Of a stretch of DNA of 64,000 bases, positions 27,458 to 40,379 are shown piece by piece. Below the pieces are notes generated by a model. That model worked only from the letters and a program-made list of their open reading frames with translations, was not told the origin of the DNA and searched no databases. Origin of the DNA: Raillietiella orientalis (lineage: Eukaryota). The position numbers and the translations under genes are program-made. The DNA is taken from NCBI GenBank assembly GCA_036172245.1, contig JAYWIR010000001.1:11656001-11720000 (forward strand), given 5' to 3'. The stretch's first letter is position 1, and each line of letters starts with the position of its first letter.

Positions 27458-28930
27458 TCATGTTACTTTAAGTACACGTTTAACAACATCAACAATATCA
27501 GGAGCTTGAGGAAGTGCAAGAGTTTCCAAAGAACGAGCATATGGCATTGGTACATCTGCTCCAGTGACTCGATAAACTGGAGCATCCAAGTAGTAGAATG
27601 CAGGTCCTGTGGAAACAACAGAGATAGTGCAACCACATGTACTACTTTACCCTCCATTATGCTTGCACTAATTTCAGCACCAATACCACATTGGGGCCAG
27701 CCTTCTTCTACAGTGACTAGATGATTAGTTTTAATGACTGACTGCTCAATGGTACGCATATCAAGTGGACGCACTGATCTTAGATTGATAACTTCACAAT
27801 CAATACCAATGCCTGCCAATTCTTCTGCAGCTTCCAGACTTTTTCCTAAAGCTCGTGTTATACTTACAAGGGTGATATGTTTTCCTACATAATGATGGCA
27901 ATATAATAAAATAAATATTTCAGGATTGGTACCTTCTCTTTCAATTTTTGCTTTCCCAATGGGTAGGACAAAGTCCTTATCTAAAGCTTCATCAGAAACA
28001 GTGAATTTCATTGGATACATAATTTCATTTTCTAGGCAGACCACAGGATCAGGATCTCGGATTGCTGCCTTTAGCAAGCCTCTGGCATCCTCGCACGAAT
28101 ATGGGACTACAACCTTCAAACCTGGGCAATTGGCATACCAAGCAGCATAGCACTGTGAGTGCTGTGCTGCCACACCTGCTGCTGCACCATTAGGACCCCG
28201 GAACACTATTGGTACATTGATCTAATGGGGCAAATATGAAGTAACATTCATACTTTTCTTACCAAGCCAGCTGACATGTAAAATGTCTTAGCAGCAGAAT
28301 TAATAACATGATCAATAGCTTGCATGGCAAAATTCATGGTCATAAATTCACATATTGGTCGAAGACCTACCTACAGTCAGACTACAATATCTTTAAATAA
28401 TTATATTCAGATTTTATACCATGGCAGCACCAACTGATATCCCAGCAAAACCGATTTCCGAGATTGGTGTGTCGAGTACTCTTCTTTCACCGTACTTTTT
28501 AAACAATCCTTTGGAAACTTTGTATGCACCTTCAAACATCCCAACTTCTTCACCAATAAGAAACACTCGTTCATCTCGTTGCATTTCTTCATCGATTGCA
28601 GAATTGAGAGCTTCTCTTACTGTCATCTAATTGAAGCTCGTAAGTCACCAATGTTCAATGATAAATATTACCTCTTTCGCAGGCCGAACCTGTGTTGTTG
28701 AAATGAACCTAACTGTGGATTTATTAAAAAATTTCCACAGAACCTCAAAGGGGATGAAAAATTAGAATACATACAAAACAAATACGTAATGAGAAATTTT
28801 CTTCAAAAGTGGATAACAAACAAGATTGATGAAATTAGAAACTTATCATTTGGGGGATTGTAATTTGCATTTCAATCCCACGTAATAACTCAGAAAAAAC
28901 TTACATTTTTGGATAACGACGAGTATACAT
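27458..28930 (-). CDS. PDHB: Pyruvate dehydrogenase E1 beta subunit, mitochondrial
   Basis: Motifs [76 protein letters not shown]. Last exon ends VKRVLKVT* at 27458. The first two short exons (28930-28905, 28708-28672) are less certain. Confidence 0.96.
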
Positions 28931-30796
28931 TCCTCATTTGCAATGGAGACATGTTTACAGTTCTCCTACTGCTCAAACCTTCACCACTTTAAAAGTGAGG
29001 GTAAAAATCCTGTAGTACATATGAAGGTGAAAGATCGCGGTTACGCATCCAAGGTGAAAAAGGATAAATGGAAAGGCAGCAATTTGGTTCTCACTGCTAG
29101 TTTTATTTTTAAAATTCTTTTAGTCTTTTTCCATCAATAGGGGTTCACAAGATTTGTTTAGAGTGACAATATTTGCAAAATTTACATCAACATACATCAA
29201 TATCACATTTTGCTGATACTTTTCTGAGTTCTTGGAACGCAATTACGGTCTTTCTGAAAACAGACCTTTAGTTATCATTGCAACATTCTACTTAGCGTTA
29301 TTAGAGGTAAATAGAGTAACTTTTCCTGTTTTAATAGACTGATGTGAAAGCTGCGATATGTAAAGGAAATTGTTTAGAGGGTTCATTATGTTGAAGAAAG
29401 CTCTACACTAATTTCATAGGAATGATGGAGTATACGTTAAGCCTATACATATGCAAACCTCTTGTATATACGTGTTGGTGATTGTATTTTGAAATATTAT
29501 TTGGATAATATTGGAGCTTTCTTAGAAATGTCTTTGCAATTCAAAAGCACCGGAATACCATGGTACATTCCAGAGCATTGGAATCTAAATTTAGGAATTT
29601 GAGGCCGCTTCTGAAACGTTGGAAAGTTCGTTACCTATTCTTCAATGGTGCTTGAAATGCTGATTAAAATCGTATGCTAATACATGATTTCAGGCAAATA
29701 TATAACAACATATAAGTTGATTAAACAAGTAGAGAAAAAAATCAAATTCGTATTTTCATTTTTTTTTAGATTTTATTCTCATTTGCTAATGTTTTGCATT
29801 TCAACTCTAAAAATAGCAACGATTTAGTAGAACATCCCCCCCCCCCCAAAAGGCTCTTGCTGAATGAAAAATCAAGCTTCAGTTGCATTATTTAAACAAG
29901 TCAATAGAATAAAAATAACAAATATTCCAAAATAACTATGACAGCACAAGCCGCAAAATAATGAATAACGCGTCTGCAGACGGAAAGATTAAAAAGAAGA
30001 AACCTTATGTATTTCAAAACGAAATCTAGCTTAAGTTCTGTATATTGAAGTGAAATAGGGCAATTTCCGAACAGTCGTATTCATTTAATATCAAAAATTT
30101 CAGAGTCCTATTTTACAGTAGCAATAATTTAAACTCCCTATAAATAAATGTGAGAAGTAGCGCACTGGATTCTTGCATGTGCATGTAAGAATTTTCTTCT
30201 ATAAAATTTACACTTGGAACGTTTGAACACGTTTTATATTTCTCCCTCTCATCCGCGTTCTTTATGAATCTTTTCCCAGTTTCATTGGTAATTTCGTCCC
30301 TATGGATTGCAGCTGCGAGTGCATGGAAATCCGCTTTCTTCAGAAGTGTCAAACAGATATACCTGTTGAAACGGTATAGTGTTTTGAAAGTGAGGGTTAT
30401 TCTAACAGTCCCCTGTTTCCTGCCAACCTGTGTCTGTAAAATCTAGTATCTACCAGGAAAATTCTGAAGACAACATTTCGCTTCCAAGTTTAGGAGCTAA
30501 AAAAATATTTTCCACGTATGAATAGTTGCTAGCAGTAGTGGCTTTGAACTTAATTCAGGAGAATTGATATTGTCATTTGCATGCCTCGAGGAAACTGAAC
30601 GATTTCGTTGTCAAAATTTGCCAAAATTAGCCTTAACTATGCATCGTTTAAACTATTTTTTGGTTTCACAAAATCCAATATTTTCCCATGCTCTCCAGAT
30701 TAATTGCGAATTGAACGACCGATACAACGATCAGTGGAAATTACTTTTCACACTGGTAAATACTTTTGGGTAATACATCCTATATTTGTTTTCAAT

Positions 30797-33061
30797 TCAG
30801 TTTTCAACACGTTCTCTCAAATACTTTAACAAGAATGCTGTCCCTTTAGCAAGAACTGAATGACTTGGGTAACGAAATGGATTTCCTTCCAAATGCAAAC
30901 TTCTACAACAGAAAATATGATTTTGCACACGCAGTGATTACAGTGAAATTACCTCAACTGGACCAGAGTCCCCAACTCAAATGGTATGCACTGTATGTTG
31001 TTGTTATGCACATCAAGAACTGTAAGATATGGTAACTTCTTCAAAAGTAGTGCATCAAGGCCATTCAACTTGTTATCATTAATAAGTAATATTTCCAGCT
31101 TCTTCAATTCATACAATGCAGGAGGTACACGCTGCAAACTGGATGAAATCTTATTGCAACAGTACATGTGTTACACTGACTGATTGTAACTCAAACACAA
31201 TTCTTTCAGGTTTTCCAGTTGGCCAAAATCTGGTGGAAGTTCCGTGATCTGATTGTGGGCTAGATTTAAAAATTGTAAATTTCTGCTGTTGATGATGATC
31301 TTTTCCAAGGTTCTCAAGTTATTCCAGCTAAGGTCAAGGCTCGTAAGGAGAGGCAGAACCTCCTGAATGCTGAAAACGAATCACATGAGAAATTTTCACT
31401 GCTAAATGGATTTACTTTGTGTTGCTTGCATTTTATGGTATATTTATGAACTGAACTTACCCAATAGGAATGCTATCCAAAGAACAATAAGTAAGCTTAA
31501 CTGATTCAACTCTTGCTTCTACAGCATCCTGCCACAAAGAGTCCATACATGGAGAGATAATCTCTTTACACTTTTCCACAGAAAGAGTTTTACTGCTCTT
31601 CATACTAAATATGTTTGGCATCTGCAAAACAGTACTATTATTTGAAGTTTGGACTGCTTCATCTTCATCAAGAGACAGTTTTTCATGAAGATATTTCAGG
31701 ATATGACTTGTTCCTTGCTGTAATACATCCCTTCTTATAGCACGTAGTGGATTTCCATTCAGTAGTAAAGATTTGAGGTTCTTAAGTTTACTTAACTGTG
31801 GAGGAAGCCTTTCAGATCATTAAGTAAAGTTTAGCATGCTAAGAACTTACTGGCTTAAATAGTTATTTCTTAGGTCCAACCTTTCAAGGGAATGCAAACC
31901 CAAAATCATGTTGGGAATCTCTTCAAACAAATTATCACATAGTTCTAAGGATAGGAGATTTTGCAAATGCATGCAAGGCAGGGCTTTCAGTGCATTGTTT
32001 CCTGCATGCAATTCCAAAAGTGAAGTACGTGATAGATTCGGAATTCGTTGCAAATGGTTATGGTGCACAGACAACTGTTGTAAATGAATGAGATCATTGA
32101 GGGTTTGGGGTAATGCAGTTAGCTGATTATGATCCATCTGTAACTTTTGCAAACCTAACTTGAATTATTAATAACTACAATCAGTTTTTATCCCCTACTT
32201 TTCATTGAACCTATTTCCTCTGGTATTTCCGTACATTGATTGTAACTTAAATTTAATTCTTTGAGATTTGAAAAAATTCCTGTTGCAGGCCAGCATCTTA
32301 CGCCATTGTGGGATAAATCCTAACAAATGAAAAATAATCAGAACTTTACTTCAGTAGGAAGCTCTTAAAGTGAATTCGTAAAATGAATGTTCTCGATTTT
32401 TTGTGTTCTCAAGGAAATTATCAGCGTTAGTACCAGGATCTTAAGTGCAGGTAACTCTCTAACATCACAGACAGTTAAAATTTGATTATGGCTTGCTTTA
32501 AGTATGAGAAGGTTTTTGAGAGAATTCAGCGATGGTGGTAAAGCTTGAAGATTGTTTCTGGAGACATTAAGTTCTTTTAAATTTTCCAATTGGCCAATTG
32601 CATCTGGCAAACCATTCAGTTGATTATCATGAACCTAAAATTCGAAAGTTTTGCAGAAAATGTGTAACATGTGAAAATGCATGACTATACATCAAAGACT
32701 TCCAAACTGATCAGCTGACCTACTTCAGCAGGCAGAACTGAGATCACGTTGGATGAAACATTCAATTTAACGAGTTCTACTCTTTCCCACCACTTATCAT
32801 CAGAGTCAACAGTATGTGTTTGCTTGCTGCTACCTTGTAAATCATTAATTTTCCACACTTGATCGGGTACTGCCAGCATAAGTACTCGTATTAACAAAAT
32901 ATTAATAAGCCATTACTTTTCTGTAGATTCCTGTTTGCTAGGTTTAGGTGACCGCTCTTTTGTGCACCCTTTACAAGCGCAGAAATCTCGCCTTCGCGGC
33001 TATCCGGGCTGTTTTTGGAAAGCTGGGTTTTGGGAGCGCACTTTTTGCTGAAACTTGCCAT
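30797..33061 (-). CDS. LRRC40: Leucine-rich repeat protein 40
   Basis: N-terminal [27 protein letters not shown], many LxxLxLxxNxL repeats over GT-AG exons, internal [17 protein letters not shown]-terminus [23 protein letters not shown]. Confidence 0.93.
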
Positions 33062-36000
33062 GATCAGCTAATCTCCGAATTGCAATTCTTAGTTTCATGC
33101 CCATTTCCTACCGATTATCCATCGGATGTCCGTCTTGTACAAGAAAGAGATGCTTTCTGTAAGGCCTGCCCACTGCACGCTGCCAACATCTGCACAAACC
33201 CGTTACTCGGCAGCCCCATTCAACCCAGTGGTGTTGCCCCCTCTGCATACATGCATAAATACATTAGGCAGCAGATGTAGTGTACCTCTTCGTAACCAGT
33301 AAACTATCGATTGGTACATGTGTGAATCACAATCGGAACTTTTAAATTGGAATTTGCTTAAGCAAGTTTCGATAATTTTTCGTTAGTGGGGTTCTGGAAG
33401 TCAACATATGTTCCACATAGAAAAGAAATCTTCATGCTGCAACGAAGTGTCTTCAGTGTTGAAATCATAAATGAAACACATAAGCCAAAATTTGGTCCAC
33501 TATTCGCCACGTTCCACACAGCTTTGAAAAGTCGTCAATGTGGATGTATTTTTACATACTTGATTCGAAGGTGTTTGGAACATTCATTATGCTGTATTTC
33601 TACCAAGATAATTCTGCACTCGAATGTGCTTTGGCTGCATAGTTGTTACTTGTTCAAGGAAAACCTCACCAGAAAGATGAAAGTTGCTCAAAGCCGAGCT
33701 GGGTATCTTTACCGTATTACAAATGGAGTATTCGTTGACCTAGCTCCGAAGGGAAGTCAAGTTCGTCGATTGTTTTTTTTTTTTATAAGTTGTGTAACGA
33801 GCATTTTTTGGTGCTTTTCTGCTTCTATGACACCCGCTTCTGAGTTTTTGGACCATGCGGGCGAGTGTCCTTCCCTGTTCTTCAGGTCAAGGTCCTTGCT
33901 GACACCTCGCACCACGGCATTGGCGAGGAGAATGACCTCCGTGCCTTCTTAGCGTGTTCGTGTGTCACCAAGAGACCACGAACTTGTCACAGTATTGCTA
34001 CCATCGCGTCCAAGGATAGCTTCTGCGGAAGAAACAAACTCCCCACCGGTTCTGTTGTCTGCGAGAGAGATGCAACCTTCCATCCGCATAGAAAGCCGCC
34101 ACATTCCGGGATACCTCTCCCTTGTGGGTCTGTGGTGGCACTGACTGCGTGGTAAATCCTAGTGCAACAGCAGCCTCCGTCGTGTGCTGGAGCGCGAAGG
34201 AAAGACCAGAGCTGTGCTCTCAGTCCCTGGAGACACTTCAGTTCTTCCTCAGTTGTGGCTACGTGGCCCCACCCCCTGCGCTCTTCTGTGGGCTTGCATG
34301 CTCGATGTGGCCACGTCTACTAGCTGGTCTGCCGCCCACGCACCAAGTAGTCGGATCGTTCCTCAAATGGCTCAAATCCCTGTCGGAATACCATGACGAC
34401 AGAACATTGAGAATTGATCGCCACTGATCAACCAGTCCCAGGTGCAGATTCTAGCCTCCGATCAGATCTGGTGCAGCGAGGAGGTGAGCGGGTGATCATA
34501 CTCGACGTAGTCTTCCTTTTTGAAAGGAGCGGCCATAGAGGACTCCAGTAAGATCAAAGAAAACAAATACTGAGGTTTCACTCAGCTCTTCGTTGCTTAT
34601 ATTTATTTTTTAATATATATTTCTAAAAAAATTAAAACATATGTGTTGTTCCGCCGTTACGGACGGGCTCTCCGGAGAGGCGGCGATGCACGGGAGCGCT
34701 CGTCAACAGAAATCTCCCTCTTCTCCCCCCTTCCTTCCCCGGAGAAGAAGCCACTCCCACTCAACGAGGAGACACTGGAATGCCCTCCGGGAGGTCGGGA
34801 TGCAGAGGAGTTGTATCCTGGACATCCTTCCTGGCCAATACGGATCGATAGAGGACGAGAGGGAGACCTGTGGAAGCTTCCCGCATTCTCGAAAAGGGGT
34901 GAGGGAGCGCCCCCGGATCCTCAACGCCCTCCCTCGACCCCTTTCTCCTTCCCTGGCCGGAGGCAACGCACCCCACCGACCTTGCGCCCTTTCCCTTCGT
35001 TCACGGCCCGGTTCGTCTGCGCCTGCGCCGCCTCCTCTCCGGACGCGGCAACGCCTCCCGGAGCGTCCTTCGGGTCCTGTCGGGAGGGAAAGTCGGCGGG
35101 ATGGCTGTTCCTCGGAGACGGAGCAGAGCGGAAGGGATGCTGCCCATTGTGAACTTGCACTCGGCTTTGTTGAATATAGGTAGTCATTGCTAACGCACCA
35201 GCCGAGGGAAAGGGAGCGTTCTCGTGGAAACTAGTCGTTGCCATGTACGCAATCCGCAATCCCTTATGGCCACAACCTTGTCTAGTGTGTGTTTGCTGGA
35301 CTCCGATGTGAACGAGCCCATGCGAAATCGTTTGCGTAAATCTTACTATGCTTCACTGTAGCAGAGTGCCAGGTGACTGCCTTCGGTCTGAAAGCACGTT
35401 TTCCATATCGCCCTTGAATGGGACGCTGTGAAATGTAATAGCGTAATAATTTTTCAGGAGCACTGAATCCAGCAGTGGTGACTGCTATCTAAGAACGAAG
35501 CGTTTCAAGTTCGCAAAGGTTGCTTCGAAGTAAGGCATTACGGAGAGAGCACTAGGGTGCAATCCGAAGATGTGTGCTGGTAGCATAACAAAAGTATTTA
35601 GTAGAAGATCTGGGATCCCAGGGGGTACAAGCTTTCAAGGGATCAAGAACTGCTTTCTTCTGGTGAAATAAAATTCCTACGAGGAGCAGAAAACGAGAAG
35701 TGTGCTTGCGTGAAATCGAATGAATGCTTTTCCGGAGTCCGAAACTCCCGCCAAGAGAATGAAAGGATCACCAGGTGGAGAGGTGCGTTTCGATAACGCA
35801 AATGCTTTCCAGGGAAATCCGTGTAATCAGCTTGTTTTTGCAGCAGCCACAACCAGCGGAAAGACATTGGAATGCAGTCTTACATGCGCGCGCTCACGAG
35901 CACGCAGCAAAAGTTCAGGCGGTCTCACCATAAACATGGGAATCATCTGAACTCCCTCTTCATGTTCTCCAGGCTCGCGAGAACACGCTTCACGAAAGCA

Positions 36001-36111
36001 AACTGTCATCGTCAAGGCTATCAAGTGTAAAAATCGTTGCAGGCGAAATGTATGACCAGAGTTGTGTCACGAAAGACAAAGATTCATATGCACCGGAAAA
36101 ATTGAGTTTTC

Positions 36112-37154
36112 TCAATGTCGCGTCACCCGATTCATGCTAGAAAAGCGAGGCGGAGGAGCCAGAATTTTCGGGATACAGGGAATCACAAGAGCAGCCTCTT
36201 GAATTTGCTTCTGCAGTTGAGAATCCAAATTCCACCAATGAGCACAGCTCATGACATGATGAATGTTTTTAACTAGATGACCTTTTACAGCTTCTTTCAG
36301 GTTCTTTAGGAAAGCCAACGTCCTCTTTTTACATAATAAAATGTAACGATTCATTTTCAGTGAACGTACCGGATCATCATGTGAGGCATGGCACACCAAA
36401 TGATCCAGTGCAGCATAAGACTGGCAAGACTGTCGTGGGGAAAGCTTCTTGCAAATAGAGGTTAAGGTCTGTTCCATAGAATATACGTGCCAATCTTGAC
36501 ACTCCAGCAATCTCCGGAAACTGATCCCGCAAATCTGCTTTATAACCCAGTTCTTTTGTACCTCTGACTTTGCAGAGAATCTGCAAAATTTTCTCCCAGG
36601 AAATGATCAACTTGCAAAGCAAGTTCATTTATTAGTGTATGCACTCTCTCAGCCCACTTGACACATGGGAGAGTAGTAGATATGCGTTCACAATTCAGTA
36701 GCACAACCAGGACTGATTCTGAATTCTAACAAGAACTATTGATGCCCACCATAATGAAAGAAAGGAGCTTACGAGTCTTTCTCCTGCTACCTGTAGACAA
36801 CTATTCTGCAATTCCTGCCTTAACTGAGCAAAATTCCTAGTTGGCCATACTTTGTCCATGTGGCGTACTGACCAGTGTAAACATGCAGCAGATAGATCTT
36901 CTATTTCATAGGAGCTCGCCAATTCCCAACATGACAATGCTCCCTTAATACAATGCTTGCAAGGCTGAAAGGAATGAATAGAGGAAGCAGAAATCACATG
37001 TTACTACTTCATGGAATTGATGACAGTATTGATTCTTGAGATGCTTTGCTAACACCTGGTTCAGAGTAGCCACTTTTAGGTAATCAAAAACCATGGCGCA
37101 CTCTCTGATATTTACATCCGATGATAAATTAGCAGCAGTATTATCATAAAGATG
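36112..37154 (-). CDS. 3' portion (5 exons) of a BTB/BACK-type protein, BTBD8-like; 5' part not found
   Basis: Exons 37154-37008, 36964-36773, 36725-36562, 36520-~36370, ~36324-36112 join in frame: HLYD..ECAMVFDYLK..YCHQFHE|PCKHCIKG..CLHWSVRHMDKVWPTRNFAQL..LPCVKWAE. This resembles the BTBD8 family CHFFHKPC..C signature (from recall). Confidence 0.7.
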
Positions 37155-40100
37155 CTGTCAATCTGCTGCTTTTGTGCCCACGGCGCAGAAGCGGCAGCAA
37201 CGACAGGTCGCGAAGGTGGATGAGAATCTGCCAAATTAGCGAGAGTCGGAATGGATATTCCTTTTGGATGAGGTGAGGAATCGTGCTTCTTGGTACGTGT
37301 CACGTGAACGATGAACGCCGATGAATTCATGAATGCTGCCACGTTGTGCACATTCGACATGCCGTTTGCAGCTCTGTACTTTGTGTTTCTTTGTGGGTTT
37401 TCTTGTAAGCGCACCACAGAAATGAGAAGCCACTTTGAGCTCATCCCTGTTTGGAAACTGCGATGCCTTGAGGTTGAGATCAATGAATCACATGTATGGC
37501 ATTGGTATCGGTTGGAACCTTGATGAAGGCATTAAGAGATTATCGGAAAAGTTCTTTCTGTGGAAATTTTGTTGTTTCATGGTTCTTTCAACGGGCAAGT
37601 TGGAAGGGAAGCGCGTTTCCGAGGCAACCGTTTACTTTCCCGTCTTGCCACTTTCGTGGTGCTCACTCCTTGGAATTCTGTCCAGACTCGCATGAAGCGC
37701 TGAGGCTTCGTTTGAAAGAGTTCTGCGATTCGAAAGTTTCTGCATTCTTCCTCAACCTCTTGTGATGTCTGTGGTTCGACATGAAAATGTCGCACGTGTA
37801 GTGCTATATTTTGACGAGGATGAGCAACGTGTGCTAACAAAAAGTTTCTGGAACGTACTAATTCGAATCAACTATCTATACAATTCCATACTGATGACTT
37901 ACAGGAATCACACCATCTTCAGTTCTCAGCAGTTTTGGGATTTCGTTAGAACGGGACTCTCTTCTGATGACGTCGGAAGCATACCGGGAGTGACCAGGAC
38001 TATTCGCTTTATGTTGTATTTTGGAAACTTCAGAAGAGTTAAGGATTTGTATGAGAAATTCTTTGAACTGGAGTTCTCAGTAAGCAGTTTCATGACATGG
38101 TTCATCCGGTTCACAGGAGACGCGAGCGACGAAAACCGAGAAAACGCTGCGATGGTTGCAATGGCAGTGCTTTGTTGGATCATACTGAGCTGAGATGAAA
38201 CTGAAGACCGAGTATGAGAATGACTGGTAACTCGATAGTAAAGCTCAGATGCCATGGACCGGACAGAGAGATTGTTCTTCCTTATTTTGTTGCTGTGTAG
38301 GTTCGTTGCTTGCTGGATTATCACCAGTAGATGGCTGTTTGTAAGGAGTTGAAAAGTTCATTTCAAGATGGCAGAAAATGTTTCCTGGATTTCGTTCCCT
38401 ACTTTGCTGAGATTTCTTGCTGTTTTTTTCTTTGTTTCTTTGCCTCGCTCTGCGATGTGAGGCTGGTTGTGACTGAAAAGGTTGAAGGACGATCAAGAAC
38501 CAGTTTATGAAAGTGGCGTGAGGGTGAAACCGGGATGATTCCCAGGTCGTCGTGATGTAATTCACGATGCTCGTGGAATCCGTCGAATCCATGCTGGGAT
38601 TCTCTCCGACAGGAGTGTGTTCCCGGTTTTTGGTGTCTTTTCCTCCAGGCACGGGCGTTCCAAGGCTGAGACGGATCACTCGCGCGCATTTTGCCGACCC
38701 GCCAGAGGACGAACTCCTTCGGAAGAGTAGGCAGAAGCGGATCGGAGAGATATGAAGGACAGGGCCGGACTTACGTCATCTCGAAATGGGACTTCTCAAC
38801 CCCCTATAAAACAGCCATCTACTGATGATACTCCAAGGCGGAGTCAGGTTGCAGCTGGAGAGGCGGTCGGGGAGTTCCTTCGAAGAAGTCCAAGAAGCGT
38901 CAGCGGTCGTCCGAGAAGCGCCCGAACGTGTGGGCAATACAACACAGCAATGTTTCTCACGCAATGTTGATCAGTGCAGATGTCTCGGAAGAGCAGACGC
39001 TCCACTCCAAATGAACCATCACTGATTTTGTTGCACGCACTTTCGTGAACAACAAAACAGTTAGGCCCGGAAATCAACAGACCACACGCAAAACACTTCG
39101 CTGATGCAGCCATGGGAGAGTCGCGATTCTCATCCTTTGCTCTTTCCTGAGCAATCATCAGACACGCAGGATCGCACCCAAGCCTTCGAGAATCTCGATT
39201 GAAACCTGAATTTTTTCCCCCCTGCCAGGAATCGGGAGAATCCCCCCATGTCCTGCGTCGCACACCTTTCCTATCGAATGTGCGAGGCAGGCGACGACCC
39301 ACCGCGAATGAATAAGAGGAACTGAGCTTCTCTTTGTTCACTCGTGCTTGAAGGAATTTTTCCAGCAGCAGGGATCCTCCGCCTCTCGTGGGTGCGGCGG
39401 TGCGGTACAGGTGGGTATCCGTAGCCGATGGCGCCCTTCTCGAGTTCATCAGCTGGAGCAGGACTCCGCAAGCTTGGGTCCTGGATTCAAGATGGCCGTT
39501 CGTCTAGCCGATGCAGAAACGAGCACCCGCTCCGGGAAAAAGGACTCTTTTCCGGCAGGGGCGACGGTTCCTCCGTTTCGGGTCACGCCGTTTGGCTCCT
39601 CGGTTTTTCGGACGGTCCGCAGTCAGCCTGTCTTGAGAATGCGCTACGGCCGCTGTCCGGAGCGGCTCCTCGTGGGGCGCAGCTCGCCTCCTCCGATCGG
39701 ATGGTCAGCCTTTCGCGACGGCAGGCCTGGTGGTGGAGCCCTGGACCTGGGCTCAAGACGCTCACCTCGCCACGAAAGGATGAGCCCGTCGTTTTCATCT
39801 CGCAACCGTCTGTCGCGATTCACAAGGGACCCCGGAAATCAGCTGACGGCGTAAGTGAGCGGCCTTCGGCTCGGCAGTCGAAGTGCTTGCCGCTGGCTCT
39901 TGTCGCTGGCACGAAGCAGGGAGCGAACCCCCTGACGCGAAGTCACGTCCGTTTCCCAGTTCAATAGAGTGGTCGCGAGTGGCAGCGGGAAAACGCTCTC
40001 TCACCAGACATGGAAGGAGCATACCTTGCCTACACTCTGTATACGGGGCATCCTCCTCCTCCCACGTACAATCTGTACGCGTCGATCACGAACAAATCTC

Positions 40101-40379
40101 ATTCGAAGCCTGCTTTTTCTCACGGCAACCCATAGGTGCGAGATGAAGGCAGCACCTGATACTGCAGGCCCACCAATTGGCGGACTCCGAAAGAAAGATG
40201 TTCGGAACACCCGTTTCGTTTTCCTGCTATATAGGAGCAGGAGCGAGTCGGGATTCCTCCACAGAAGAGGAATCGTTCAGCATCCGCTTCCAGCATGCTC
40301 GCCGTCCTCCTTGTCTGTGTGGCCCTGTCAGGGTAAGATCTTCGGGTCTTTACTTTGCAAGACTGTGGCTCGTTCACGT

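Noticed and set aside
27463..27650. ORF-track C-terminus of PDHB ending at 27463
   Set aside because: It reads through an intron into the wrong frame; the spliced frame ends at 27458.
33860..35200. GC-rich block possibly from another LINE 3' end
   Set aside because: No convincing conserved motif; probably TE-derived but unclassifiable by eye.
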